Below, piece by piece: positions 34,196-47,311 of a stretch of 64,000 nt of DNA (the stretch's first letter is position 1; each line of letters opens with the position of its first letter). Made by a program: the position numbers and the translations under genes. The stretch is from Lepidodermella squamata (Eukaryota > Animalia > Gastrotricha): contig JBLDXI010000010.1 of the NCBI GenBank assembly GCA_047495785.1, forward strand, positions 682,001 to 746,000. Reading direction: 5' to 3'. The notes beneath the pieces were generated by a model. The model worked only from the letters and a program-made list of their open reading frames with translations, had not been told where the DNA came from and ran no database searches.

Positions 34196-34429
34196 ATTTT
34201 AAAAGAGCTTGAATTTCAGTAAGATGATAGGTCAGTGAGAGTTCTGTGCTGAAGGTTCAATGCACCGGCAACTCCACAGTCCGTAGTTGACGAACTAATT
34301 TTGTGAAGTGAGAGAACTGAGTCAGAAAGTTGCATGCAACGATAACCAAGCATGCGGCGGAGAGCGCCGTTTGAAGATTCCGCCCCTGATTAGCAAATAT
34401 CACTGATATAAAGCAGGACTGATAGAGTA

Positions 34430-34830
34430 ACGACATTTCTATCAGGTTTTTATTCTGTGGGATGGACACAAATTTCACCTGTCGTATGAGGCTTGTAAGT
34501 TGGCTAAGAAGCAGAATATCGAGCTAATTCTATTTCAAACTTTCTTAACGAACATGCTCCAAATGATGGATCATCTATCATGTTTGACGGATCCGAAAAA
34601 TTTTCCGGACTTCCTGAAACTGCTTATTGAAACTCCTCTCAAAAGTGGTCTCATTCCATTCTGTGCTAGCAACATCGTCGCTGGTTTCCGATCGTCTAGT
34701 GGTATCGAAATATTGAATAACTCCGTTTCATTCAATATTATGCAGATGATACGTCAGAAAGTAACTCGTCGATGGGATTTGAATGTAGAGCTCTACCTAT
34801 CTAATTTGTTGAAGTTCTCTCGTCCCTGAA
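34430..34830 (+). pseudogene. Possible pogo/Tigger (DDE_1) transposase relic
   Basis: Fragments LAKKQNIELILF, KNFPDFLK and NIVAGFRSS resemble the C-terminal half of DDE_1; the catalytic motif is not visible. Confidence 0.4.
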
Positions 34831-35661
34831 TAAAGATGCACGAAACGAATAAAAGCGCTTTCAATAAAGCTATGCCCACGTAAATATTGTTGGAGTAGTA
34901 TTATACAATATCCGGGGGGATATCATAGGTTGATAGCACGATGGATATTTGCCTGAAGGCTTGCTATGTAGGCCAGAGGTGCAGCCGAAGGCCGGAATAG
35001 TTGCCTGAAGGACGAATATCCATCGCTGTCCACCGAGCTGGGGTTGATGAAGCTTGGCAAAGTGTTAGATCTTAACGAGAACTATATTCAGTAAGATTTC
35101 CCAAGCCGTAGATCCCTATGGTTTCAGAGAACAGTTGATTTGCGTGAAATGGTCAAAGTTGTACCAGATTACGGTACGTTTCATAAACAAGAAATATAAA
35201 ACTGCTGCGATATTGCAAATATCGTGGGAAAAGCGCGATCGAAAAAGAACAGTCACTCTAATGTATAAGGTCTTGATCCGCACGTTGCATTAGTTTGAAC
35301 GGAATTGTTGGAATGTGACGTTGCGGTGGCAACAGGCAAGTATTATGTTTGAAAATGTTACGCTTCGCGCAACGATCGAGGTCATTTATTACACTTTAAT
35401 TGTAATCATTTTCCAAACTAATAATGATGAATAATTAAAAAAATATTTTATTTGTCGTTTCACTTGTTCTGATTGCCGCGAGCTTTTCCGGGATCTTGGC
35501 GTGCGCGAGTTCTAAAACACCCTGTAGTATTACACAGTATTACATATTACATAGTATTCTAGTATTATACAGAATTTACATCAGGGTTGAATAGGTCCGG
35601 GGCGCAGGAAATAATTCGAGAAAGAATTCCTTGATTTTCGTATCCGTGCCGCTCTTTCTGT

Positions 35662-36135
35662 TCAAACTTCGACGTGGCTTTTTTCGTTGGCATTCAAAGG
35701 CGGAGTTTTACTGTTGTTATTAGTCGTAGAAATCGTTTCGGGTGCATGTTCTCCCAGGAATCGGACGACGTCGAAGTGGCCTCTTTGAGCGGCGATCCAA
35801 AGCGGAGTTACACCATCGATATTAGCCAAAGAAATCGTTTGGGGTGCACGTTCTGCCAGGAATCGGACGACGTCGATGTGGCCTCTTTGAGCGGCGATCC
35901 AAAGAGGAGTTTCACCGATGCTACTGGCCAAAGAAATCGTTTCGGGTGCTTTTTCTGCCAGGAATCGGACGACGTCGATTTGGCCTCTTTGAGCGGCGAT
36001 CCAAAGCGGAGTTACACCATCGATATTAGCCAAAGAAATCGTTTCGGGTGCTTTTTCTGCCAGTGATGGAACATCATCGATGTGGCCATTTTCAGCGGCA
36101 ATCCAAAGCGGAGTCTCGCCGCTTAAATTTGTCAT
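35662..36135 (-). CDS. Ankyrin-repeat ORF with near-identical 102-bp (34-aa) tandem units; possibly a fragment
   Basis: G.TPLWIAAQRGHIDVVRFLAEKAPETISLA x4 plus a partial unit. Confidence 0.7.
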   Translation of the reverse strand: MTNLSGETPLWIAAENGHIDDVPSLAEKAPETISLANIDGVTPLWIAAQRGQIDVVRFLAEKAPETISLASSIGETPLWIAAQRGHIDVVRFLAERAPQTISLANIDGVTPLWIAAQRGHFDVVRFLGEHAPETISTTNNNSKTPPLNANEKSHVEV

Positions 36136-36254
36136 AGAAGTCGTCACAGGAGTTTGACTGGTATTGCTATCAAAATATAATGAATGATTATTTTTGAAAG
36201 GTGTTCGATCAAATTGCTCCAGCTCCTACGAAGTTCTCTATGGATCCAGCCATC

Positions 36255-36514
36255 ACTATGGAGCGTGTCATTTTGCATCAATAAATAGGGACATGCCCCA
36301 TTCTCAATGGTGGGTCAAGAAACATAAAATTCGATTAATATAAAGAAAGTACTACACTAATAATAGAAAATTAATGTTCTTGCTACGTACTTTTTCCTTT
36401 ATTCTTTATTAGTGTAGTACTTTCTTTATATTAATGGAATTTTATGTTTCTTGACCCACCATTGAGAATGGGGCATGTCCCTATTTATTGATGCAAAATG
36501 ACACGTTCCATAGT
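36255..36514. mobile_element. MITE/foldback element with near-perfect inverted arms of about 110 bp
   Basis: ACTATGGAGCGTGTCATTTTGCATCAATAAATAGGGACATGCCCC... is mirrored at ~36405-36514. Confidence 0.8.
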
Positions 36515-36746
36515 CTTGACCCGGAAAGGATCCCCTCTATACCAGTGCAAACGCGCTGTTTACGCAATAAATGGCTCCGGATGCGCACAAAATGGCCGAA
36601 CCTGCCACGAATCTGCTGCTCATAAACAACACTGGAAAAAATATGGTCCGAAATATTCCGGTTTTATTCCGAATAATTGATAAAAACCCCATAATTTTAG
36701 TTATATTTTATGTGTGCATAAGCTAATTAGGCACCGCGTCCGAGAA

Positions 36747-36810
36747 TTTGCAGCGAGTCGACCTTCTTTAACTAATACGAATTCGTTAAAGAAGGTCGAC
36801 TCGCTGCAAA
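36747..36810. repeat. Perfect hairpin with 26-bp arms and 12-nt loop
   Basis: TTTGCAGCGAGTCGACCTTCTTTAAC / GTTAAAGAAGGTCGACTCGCTGCAAA. Confidence 0.85.
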
Positions 36811-36879
36811 ATTGGCAAAGGTGCACACACGACAATCGCATAGATTAATATGCCTTTGGCCCAAACCAACGGCACCGAA

Positions 36880-37400
36880 GAAACAAACGATTGAGAAAAT
36901 TATGGTGAAGACCGACCCGAATTGCGATCAGAAACAACTATGGCCAAGAATAGTGGCTGCGGCACCGGACTTCGACTTCAAGGGCTGTAAGCAGACGGCA
37001 GACATGCTGGAAATTCGTCTCGTTTCGAGCGATAAATCTGCTCAGCTCTGTACGAAGTTGGCATTGGACGGGGCCAATGTCATTCCACAACGACCGGCTA
37101 AATACCGAGCTGACTAATTTCGATGCGAACGCTGTTACGACGACTCACATAGCGGCTGCTTTCAGCGAGAAACTGACGAAGACTGTGGAAGTGAGAGGAA
37201 TACAACTTATGTTAGAATTGTCTGACTACGATCTAGCTGAACGTGCTGTGAAGAACGGCCTGACTGCGAAACCTTTTCTGCTGCGTTTTCGATATGGTTT
37301 GTCGTTAAGAATCCTGAAGTTTTTCAAGCTGCCAGCGTTACGGCCACATGACGCGAAGCTGTTCTGCTGAAGAAAGATGCCTTAGATGTGGTCCATAGAG
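36880..37400 (+). pseudogene. Decayed non-LTR retrotransposon ORF1 (gag-like, zinc knuckle)
   Basis: Frameshifted ORFs ending in CQRYGHMTRSC...RCLRCG at ~37330-37395. Confidence 0.6.
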
Positions 37401-39414
37401 CGAAGTAGGACCGCGGAACTCGTGGGTATAACTAAGATCGACATATGGGGCCCCCTTTGGTCTATGGCTGAGCTCACCGTATGGATCGATGGAACTGGTA
37501 GGGATGATCCCTACTATATCTAACGGTACCTCGCTCTCTGATGTGGTCGGCCACACAATGTTTTGACATGTTTGCGTGATGTTTGCTGCTGTAATTGCGG
37601 TGTCAAGCATGCCGCGAACTCGAGGGAGTGGCCTCTGCGCCAGCCTTCGGCGGGCTGAAACGGAAACTACACTGGGTGATTTCGGAAGATATTGCAATTT
37701 TAAGACGGGTTGAGTGGTAACTGGGGCTTCTAACGAAATCCTAGTTGCCACTGCTCAAAATTTGGGAAAGGGAGTGTTTTGCTTTCAATAGACTTGATGT
37801 TCGACGAACCGTAAAGCCGGTCCGACTGGCTTTACGAAACTTAATCGCGACTCCGTACGTGTTTTCGTGGCTTCAAGCGAATCACCGCAGCGCTGTCGCA
37901 CGAGACAGAAGGCCCGGTGTTTTAGATGATACCAAAGAACGAATCAAGAAGAAAATCTTTAAAGAGCTCAAGAGTTTTAATACGTAGGCGTTTGGCTGTC
38001 CAATCACCTTTGCTGGACGCCGCACTTAGAACCCGTCTCGTCCCGACCTCTCCCTCGCATTTTCGCCCTTTTTCGCGGAAGAGTAAAGACGCACCCCACC
38101 TTAGGCCTCTTGTTTTACAAGAGCGTTATCAGGCCGCTGTTGGAATTCGGTGCTCCGGCGTTCGTGCCCTATTGTGTCATAATTTTGCTTACTTTTTCGA
38201 GGCTCGATATCTACTCACCTGAGGGGTCCCGGCCCCATTTTCGTTGGCAGGGACCTCAGTTAGGGTCTTGGCTTCGGTAATCCGTCGAAAAAATTCGACC
38301 CCAATGCCTTTTGTGAGTGTTGCAGCAGGTGTTGTGACGCAAGAGACCGATTATGTCAAATTAGGGGCCGGCGCCTATTTCGTCATAATTTTTCGACCAA
38401 CGGTCCTAACTGTCATAATGAGGTCTAGATTGATTTTTTCGGCCTGCCTTCATTGGAGCAGGTAAGTCTAGGTCTTCTGCAAGTGTTTAAGGCGGCCTGT
38501 CAGCGGCGTGTGGCGGTCCACGGAAGCAACGACCCAAATAATAATTCCAGTTTGTGAATCAGGATACCCACAGGGTCCTAATTGAGGGGATTGAGGGGAT
38601 TGAGTGGAAAGGTAAAAGTGTCACCCCAATTAGGGCTATTTTTTCTGGTATAGCACGCAAAATGACGATGCAGTGAAAAGAAGAGGAATACACAATTTTT
38701 ATCCGGATTGTATCGTATAATATGCTTTCTTAATGTTATGAAATGACAAAACACTCTTGCAAGCAGAGATTCTTTGATTCTAAACAAAGAATCCCTTCTA
38801 AACATCATTAATATTTTTATATCAAAAAATGCTCGCTAGTTTAGAATATATTACAGAAAACCCCACTTGACAAGCACGCAAAAAGATCCAAAACATTCAA
38901 GCAACACTCCTTATTCGATTTATTATAAATTATATAATATATTTATATAATAAATTTATTATTATAATTATAAATAGACTGGGTGAGAAATAAGGGAATA
39001 CTCTATGGCTAGCCATGGAGAAATAAAATTTCCCCCTGATCTGGAACCCCGAGTGAGTTTGGCACAGCCAAACGAATTGAGGGGTTCCAGAGAGGTTCCA
39101 GGTGTTCCCCGCCGAAACCCACTATTTTATCGTCTTGGAAGCAAATTTCACATGAGAAACGCTGCTTTTGCCTCTATTTCAACGAGAAACATAACATTCC
39201 ACGTGATTCCAAGATGTAGCATGTAGCGTTTCTCACATTTTCGAACCCTTCCCAGCGGGAAAATTGGCCTTTTTAAAATTGTCAACAATTTTATATTACC
39301 AAAACCCATATTTTCCGCAATTGCATCTTTGGAAGAAAGAAAATGGCATCACTGGGGCTACTATCTGTAATATGGTTGTTGTTTAATTCATTTTTTCGCT
39401 TCTGCCTTTCACTG

Positions 39415-39714
39415 ATTATGTTTCCGTATTGCAGGATCAAAGTCCTTGAGACTAATACTCTAGAGTATTAGTCTCAAGTCAAAGTCCACGTGGTCATGTG
39501 GCATGAATAGCTAGTTCTGAGGCGTTTTTTTCGTCGTTTCGTCGTTTCGTGGATCCAACCCATGGTTCTAATCCTTAAGGTCCCGGGTTCGAATCCTCCT
39601 TCATACATCGTTTTTATTTGTTTCGTCCAATTTTTCTATGAGATGACGAAGTGACGAAACGATGCTCATGCCTCATGACCACGTGACTTTGATCCTGCAA
39701 TACGGAAGCATAAT
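39415..39714. mobile_element. MITE with inverted arms, an internal tRNA B-box-like motif and a nested 34-bp palindrome
   Basis: ATTATG.TTCCGTATTGCAGGATCAAAGTC..CACGTGGTCATG.GGCATGA mirrored at ~39665-39714; GGTTCGAATCC at 39586-39596. Confidence 0.75.
39445..39478. mobile_element. 34-bp perfect palindromic insertion with 8-bp TSD
   Basis: TCAAAGTC-CTTGAGACTAATACTCTAGAGTATTAGTCTCAAG-TCAAAGTC; absent from the opposite arm of the MITE. Confidence 0.8.
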
Positions 39715-40147
39715 GCCCCCCTACATCGTCATTTTGTGAGCTATATCAAAATCCTTTTTCCCATGAAAACATTCGTCGAAATGAGCGAATTGCAGCAATT
39801 CGTAATATTGCAAAATCTTTAGGGCACACTGTATAATCACATTAATTACTTACCGATTTGAAATGAGCAAATCAATTTCGTTATTGAAAGTGGATTTGAT
39901 TAGTCTGAAAATGACCCAACCCAAGGCGCAGTCCAGTACTACGACAATGAAGAGGAGCGCAGCGACTTTCAAGATGCTAACGGCCTGGTTCTTCCACTTC
40001 AATGGCTTCAGCTTGTTGCCATCGCCCACGTCATCTATTCGAACTGCGGGCGCAGTTTTCGCAAGCGCCGACTCCTGAGATAAAAGTCAGATGAATTATG
40101 TAGACATGAATCATTGACATTTTTTAAGTTAATTTAGAAGATATGTA

Positions 40148-40618
40148 CCGTATATACCGAGTTAGTTTACACTGCCTAATAATTTGTTTGTAAGCCGTTT
40201 AAGTCCTGCCTTAATTTCCGGGTCTGCCTTATATTTCACAGATTCACAAAAACGAACTCAACGAACTGGGTTAGTCATCAATTTCATCGCCAGCAATAAT
40301 TTCTTCTTTATCATGCGTCCCGAGACACGTCGGCGTAATCGCCTCTCAGTCAGAACCCACTCGTGCAGAGCGTTTTCCGTGTCATCGTACCTCGATTTAC
40401 GCCCCGCATTTCCGAGGCGCTTGCGGTGCCCCGCGACTGTTTAAACATGATGAGTTACCCGATGAGTGGATTACGCACGTATTCGCATTTGAGGACACGT
40501 GCCTTATAATTCGGTGATGCCTTATATTCTGTTATTCTATTATTCGACCTCTAACCTCTGCCTTGAAAACCGGTTCTGCCCTATAATTCGGCGTGGCCCA
40601 ATATTTCGGTATATACGG
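40148..40618. mobile_element. pogo/Tc1-type non-autonomous element
   Basis: TA-CCGTATATACCGA ... TCGGTATATACGG-CA (13-bp TIR, right TA degenerate). Confidence 0.55.
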
Positions 40619-41640
40619 CAGCTACTTGAGTACATTGTAAGGTGTCCTTTTCTTCCCAAAGCTTCCAAATATATAAATCGATCACTTGCTTATCCTTGAA
40701 AAATTCAAAATATTTACTTATTATTCCCTTAACTTTGCCTTTGATCACACGTCGACTTAAGTTGACCTCAACTTGTCAAGGGCGACCTAAGATTCGATCA
40801 CCAACCTTATCACCAAGGAATTAAAGTGGGGCTTAGGTGCGTACGGTCATCACCTCGCAGTGCTATCTCCATTTTAATTACATCGATCCCAGCGTTACAT
40901 CGATCTTAAAGTACAAGAAATAGACAACGCACACAGCGCAGTGATTATCAAGTGCATCAAGTCCGAAAGGGACATATATGGAATACATTGAAATGCATAT
41001 GAATTATTTGTTGCATGCGATTTTCCTGGACGTGAACGGCACAGGTGATGATCGTGACCTTGAAAACGTTTACGCAAAATCAATAATATTTAGAAAAAGG
41101 CAAGAGCTTCGTTGGGTGAGTACGCTTATTCGACTATTGGCTCGCCGTTGACAATTATTGCATCTCGCCAATTTGGGAAAGTTCTCGCGATGCCTATTCT
41201 ACTATTTGACTGCTAACTGACGTCAGCTTCTATAACGTTCAGGTGTATATATAATAACTTGTCGTGAGTTTCAAGATTAGTTTGAGCCCTCACTGCATAC
41301 AAACGTTGCTGCTCGTCCAACTTGCGCAAGACAGCCAGCTGTTTGTCGGGGTCTGCTGGCAAACCTAACTCAACTTAGTTGCAAACACGCACCGAATCGT
41401 TGCCTGAATGGGTATACAGCAGTGCTAAGTATAAAAAGTAGTATTCTCAGAGCGCTGTTTATAGTACAGTGCTCCCGCGTTATCTGTTCTGCGACTGCTT
41501 TTGAACAGGTTGAATCAGGTTAATCTGATCTCTATGTTTGAACATGAATTGAAATTTGCTCACAAACATCGAGTTTCCGATTGAATTTCGAAACTAGAAT
41601 TTCACAACTAGAACCGCCTTGATAAACTGAATATGTTCAA

Positions 41641-43028
41641 TTATGTCAGAAGGAAAAAGTGACTTTTAAAAAATGGTGTCGATAGCAATTTTCTCGCTGC
41701 TAAGACCAAATGAAATAATAAATAGTTGGGAATTACTTGATTGATAAAACTTGCCGCTTGCGAATGATTGATGGATTGACATTCATCGCGTAAAATGCTA
41801 GCTAGAGGCATTGATTCATTGAGTACAATGCTAGATAGAGGCACTGAGCCGTCGAGTTCATTGTTCGCCAGAATTTTCGATTCGCCCGGGTTAGCCTCCG
41901 AATCAGTGGTAAGTAAAGGGCTGGCTTGCAATTCCTTCACTGAAGCCCTCAATTCTTTATTCGTATCCAGCATCGATCGTATGAACTCGAGAAATGCATC
42001 CGAATAAGAGCAGCTACCGTCGAAGGTTGGTGGCGCGACTATTAAACGATTATCCTTCAGATGTGTGATGGCATGTCATATGTCGAATTTCCAGGAAAAT
42101 TTACTTACTATTTGACGACGATTGGCCAACTCCAGAAAAGTAGCACCCAGGGACCACACATCGCTGGCTTCTGAGTATTCGTAATAACAATCGTGGTAGC
42201 TTCCCGCCCCATTATCACGCTCGCGAATTTGCCGAACTTCAGGCGCCTCATAGATAGGTGTCCCAACGGCCAGCGTCATGCTATTCTGTTGCCTTAAAAC
42301 AATTAGCGTAATCCTCACGTAAAGCTTGAGAATAAAACAGGTTACTCATCGCAGAATTTAACTGATCCGAAATCCCCCAGTATCACAGTTTTTTTGTCAG
42401 AGCACAAAAAAATATTTTTAGGCTTGATATCGCGATGAAGGGCTTTGCGGGCGTGAATTGCTGCAACGGCTGATAAAAGCTGGTGAGCCCAGCCACAGAG
42501 TAAGTTTTCCGGTATCGGGTTTTTAATTTCTTGAACGTAGTATGCTTCCAAATCGCCACCGGAATAGAAATCCATCACAATGTAGTACATCGAGTCAGAG
42601 ATTCTCCATTTTTTCACATATTCCTCTGTTGCGGTCATTTCTAGCAATAATCCTGCAGTATAAAGAAAATCATATGCAATCAGCTGCTAAGAAATTTAAG
42701 CGTATAATGTCGATACCTTCAAATGATCCATGCGATCTAACGATATTAGGATGGCTCAACGCGAGAAGCTTCTCATGCTAGCAAAGAAAGTCATTTGTGG
42801 CGAAATGCAGTAAGGTGGAAATACCTCTTCGCGGCTGCTTTTCACGAGTTTTTCTGCCCTTGCCCGATCCGCGCCATATTTTCGTGAAACTGAGCTAAGA
42901 TTGACTATTTTAACGGCGTAATAAGCCAAATCCCTTTTCGCTTGGCAACGATAAACCGATCCGAATGATCCTTCCCCCATCTTTGTGAAATTTCTGAAGG
43001 CATCTATCGATGAAAACCTTGTGGCCAT
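41641..43028 (-). CDS. Ser/Thr protein kinase, NEK-like, multi-exon (3' end uncertain)
   Basis: GEGSFGSV, YAVK, HPNIV, HRDIKPKNIFL, DFG, VGTPIYEAPE and SDVWSLG spread over ORFs separated by short introns. Confidence 0.85.
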
Positions 43029-44884
43029 TCTCGAGCTATTGATGATACACCTAACGTAACAATTTAGATCGGCTCCTTAGCGACTTGAAAATTCAGGATT
43101 CAATTATTGGATTGACAAATAAAGACCTAAATGAGCCAAAATGAGCCTCTATAAGCTCACATCAGTGGAGGTGGACAATACGAGTGGCAAGTATAGAAAA
43201 GTGCTTGCATTACGCAAAAATAAGTGCGCTGCTATAACAAAATACTAGTTTGTCGCGTGAATCGAGCCACCCGTTCGTCACTCTCAACCGTTCCCCGTTC
43301 CTATATAATGTTCCCTGATTCATCCGTGAAGAGGTGTCTTAATAAGAGCTGGAGAGCTGGGAAAGATGAGATTTAGCCACTGGAAACATTTTCGTAAATT
43401 AAAACCAGTGGCGCTGGTTTAAATGCAGTATAGCATATACACTTTTCGTACTTTAAAATTCACTACGTTCTCTATGGTTAAAACCAGCGCTCGCTGAATC
43501 AACGATTAACTTTACATTATGTATGCAGTTTAGCTGTATATTCCGTTTAGCTCTAAAACTGAGCACTGAGCAGCATAAAATCGCTAGCAGCCCGCAAAAT
43601 GTGGCTATATTGCTACATGGCAACAGGAAATAAAATGTTCTTCATGTAAAATTTAAACAGCATAATTTTCACAATTTTGACTATTTTTCAACAAGAGTCT
43701 CGACTTTGGCATTTCGCCCCTGACCTTGAGGAGTCACAGGAGTCGCCGAATTCGTCTACCACCGCTATATAACTGATACCTATCAAATAAATCTGAACTC
43801 TAAATCTAAAGTGTGGATAATTTCAGCAGTATTGAAACGGACTTCTTTGATTCCCAATAACGCAAAATTGAGGAACGTGCGTCCACCCGAACTTCAGAGG
43901 AATTTACTTTTTCATGAGCTATCCAATGGCGGTATAAGGAGGCAAATTGAGGGAGCTGCGAAGAATTAGAGTCGGCTCAATATTTATTCAATACTGTATA
44001 ATGAGGCCGGAGTTTAAGGATAACTATCCGTGGTAATTAATCGGAGCAATCTATGTTCAAATAGTTTGATATCCAGCAGTCAATTGATTGGAATTGGAAT
44101 TTGCTGGGGGTCTCTTGGTTGAAACTTGGTTGAACGATTAGAATTCGAAGAATCGCAAATTAAGATTTAGCTGTGATGTAGATTTGAACTCGTAAACACG
44201 CGTGTTGTCAATTATCCGCCGACAGAATTTTTTCAGGTTTCATTCCTATTCTTCGTTGTCAACCATCTGCTCCCAGACGCAGAAGAATAAAGGCGCGACT
44301 TTACACATTTTCGTTACACAGGTGTTGCAGTACTTAATTGGCCTACTTGTCTTGCGCCATTGCTTTTTGCGATGATCTCAGCTTGAACAACGAGATTGAG
44401 GCAAGCGAAATCGCCGTGATTTTCAGTGAGAACTCAATCCCGCAATTCCGAACGATCTTGAAGCCAGCGATTCTTTATATTTAATTTAGAAGTTGGATAA
44501 TGTAGCATTTTAGATAATGGGGCGTTTGTCAAAGTGAACGCGTATTGATTACTTCGACAATTTTGGGCCATACGTAATGGGAGGCTTTTTCATTCGCCAT
44601 TCGCCAGTGAGACATCGGCTGAGTCGAAAGCTGTCGTAATAGGACTAGAGACTTAAACTGAGAAAAAAGAATTTGCCTTTACAGTTGTCACTTCGTGACT
44701 TATCTCATAGTTCGAGCCACTGCCCGCAAGTTTCAGACGGAACTTGCTGGCTTCGCATAGTGAAAGCATGCCAAAAACACTTCGTGTCACGAGGTCTCTC
44801 GAATTTCAATTTTGTGCTGAAAATATACATAATTTATACATCGTTGAAAGTTAAGTTCGTCTTGGCTTTCAATCAAGTTTCTAC

Positions 44885-46962
44885 ATGCATACCTTAACGT
44901 GGAGTTTACTACTAACTTCTGTGCTCCTGGTTGAAGGCCTGAAAGACGTTCCTCTGAGACTAATTAGCTTTATTTTGCGAACAAGCCAACCAGGCTCAAA
45001 TGGAACTGCTTGCCTGGCATCTTACAAAATCGCAGTTGACGAAGCTAACAGACGCCCGGATATTCTGCCACGCTACAAAATCATCCTTCAAGCTGAGGAT
45101 GAAGAGTTCGCAGGGACTGGTATTCCTTCTAAATTGGTCAAGATCTCGGAATGGTCCGATAAAACCCCGCAAATCGCTCCACTTTTTGTAGGTGGAACAG
45201 GTAACTGCCAGCTGGCAGCTCCCATCGCCAAACTCTACAACATGCTCCAATTTTCCTACTCATGTAGCGCGATCAACATTCTAGCACCCCGGCATCGAAC
45301 AATGGCAACATTCCGTCCTCAAATGCCGATAGAAAACACAGCGACGGCTGTCATCAAATTACTGAAAGATGTCAGGAAATGGCGAAGAATCGGTTTGGTA
45401 ACCACAACTAGGCAAGAGGACTACACTTTTGCTAAAATGTTCCACAAGCTTGCGGCAGAGAATGGCATTGAATTAGCTACAATTATCACAGATGTTGATT
45501 TCACGAAGCCTGGCTTTACAACAGAAATGAAAGCTAGTAATGCTCGCATTTTCTTCATAGCCATGGCTGTGTCTCAAAATGCGTTATGCGTGCGATTTTG
45601 GTGCCAAACTTTCAAAGCTGAGATCACGGCGCCTCAATACGTCTTTGTAGCAACCTTTAATTGCTACTTCGCGGACCATAAGCTCATACCGTTCCCTAGG
45701 GAATGCGACCCGCCAGAGATAATGTACCAGCAACTTCCGATCATTTTCTGGGTTGGGTTGACTAAACCTCTAGGTGGGCTCTTTGATGGCAAAAGTAGCC
45801 TTGGATATAATATTAATGAATTTGAAAGCCGCCTAAGCGAGGAAGTTGGGAGACCTGGGTATTTAGTTCCCGACTATGGCATCCGCCTCTACTGTCAGGA
45901 TGCGATAACGTCAGCAATCGCAACTCTGAATAAAACGGAGCATTACTTGAACACTCTCTACAACATGACATTGTCAGATTTCCCGACAAATCCTTCCTTA
46001 GTTTACCGTGTTCTAAATCGTTCGGCCATTGAGCTCGACGTTACGACTGTCCGCGTGAGTCGAATCCTTTTCTCGCCAAGAATAGAGGTCGATATCGAGA
46101 ATATATCCATCTCACAAATGCTGAATGGGGAAGTCAGACATCTGTATAATGTCTATTTGAAAAATCCACTTAGCTCAGCAGAAAATTTCTCAAATGTAGG
46201 TATGGAACCTTATTTCCCGATCTCGAAGCCTCCGATTTGGATGACACCTTCAGGAAATCCTCCTAAAGATCTATCCGAAATTCTCCTGGTTCAACTGAAA
46301 ATTCCCGCGTCTGCTTCTTATGCGTTGGTTACGATTTCTGGCGCTTTCATTGTTTTCAAGCTCGCACTAGTTTGCGTGACCATTGTATGCTGGTTGAAGT
46401 ATAAATTGGTGCAGCTTCGTACTTACTTCGATGTGACTAGCAGCCAGGGCCTTGCTTCTCGATATAGCAGCGATTTCGCAAATGTTGATAAATGACACTT
46501 GTTCCGTGATCGCGATCTTGCCAGTGCTAGGTGTCGCTCTCATCTTCGGAGCTTTATGCGCCCGTGCAATCACTTTAATCGGCAACCCAGCGGAAGCCTC
46601 GATAGGAGACATGCAGTTTTACTGTGCTGAGAGTCGATTTTCAAAGCGTGATGATAGTGCCAACAGCCAAAGGTCAAGGCAAGCACGGATTGAATCTTCT
46701 ATTCCTCGGCTACGGCGCGGTGAAATTGTACGGTACAAGGGGCTACTCGAGCCCACCGGGGTATGAAATAGACATTGCTACAATCAAAATTGCTCTCATC
46801 AACGCGGCTACAATACTCGGTACATCTTTTGTGATTATGACGTCGATCAGTGGATGGTTTGATCAATTGATTGCTTTAGCTGCTTGCGAACTCATTCTCT
46901 CCAAGTCTACGTTCATGATCGCATATTCTGCGGTATGGACTAAGAAATGGCCGGACTTGTAA
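44885..46962 (+). pseudogene. GABA-B-like class C GPCR with intact VFT and TM1 but frameshifted, partly deleted 7TM
   Basis: ANRRPDILPRYKIIL, FWCQTFKAEITAPQYVF, W.TPSGNPPKD. The remaining TM-like segments lie in other frames (46452-46766, 46624-46962) and I found no rescuing introns. Confidence 0.65.
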
Positions 46963-46966
46963 GAAC

Positions 46967-47311
46967 TTGATGCATGATGTTCTAGTTATAGTGGTGAGGA
47001 GAAAATCGTTCTTGATCAGCTGCACATTCCGACGCGGTTTGAAGATTTCGGGGCATGTGCCGCCTGAAATGAAACAATATTATTTACTTCCAGACTGGAA
47101 GTTCCAGTGTAATGACAAAATAAAAGGCCTTACATGTACGGGCTTAGGGACAACTGAGGAATATAGAAAAGGTAACCATGATAACCTAAATTGTGATGGG
47201 GGATTAGAGCTTGTTTTTCAACTTATGTTATATAACACTAAAATTGGATGCTATTTATCAGCCAGTAAAGTTATTTCCAGCTCTGATGACGCTGACCATA
47301 CCTTTACTTGA
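46967..47311 (+). other. Possible HIRAN-like, TE-associated ORF fragment
   Basis: SGHVPPEM ... CTG ... GGLELV resembles the GHVPRE..VTG..GLEIPC pattern; weak. Confidence 0.3.

Noticed and set aside
34890-35580. Possible Helitron-like or other repeat (GAAGGC motifs, TAGTATT iterations)
   Set aside because: No definable termini, TSD or coding similarity.
35662-36135. CRISPR-like regular repeats
   Set aside because: They are contiguous in-frame coding repeats with no unique spacers, in a eukaryotic context with no cas genes.
37400-38470. Several 70-140 aa ORFs downstream of the gag relic
   Set aside because: No recognisable endonuclease or RT motifs; treated as decayed TE or non-coding sequence.
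39560-39600. Possible tRNA gene
   Set aside because: Only a T-arm/B-box-like piece; no convincing A-box or cloverleaf.
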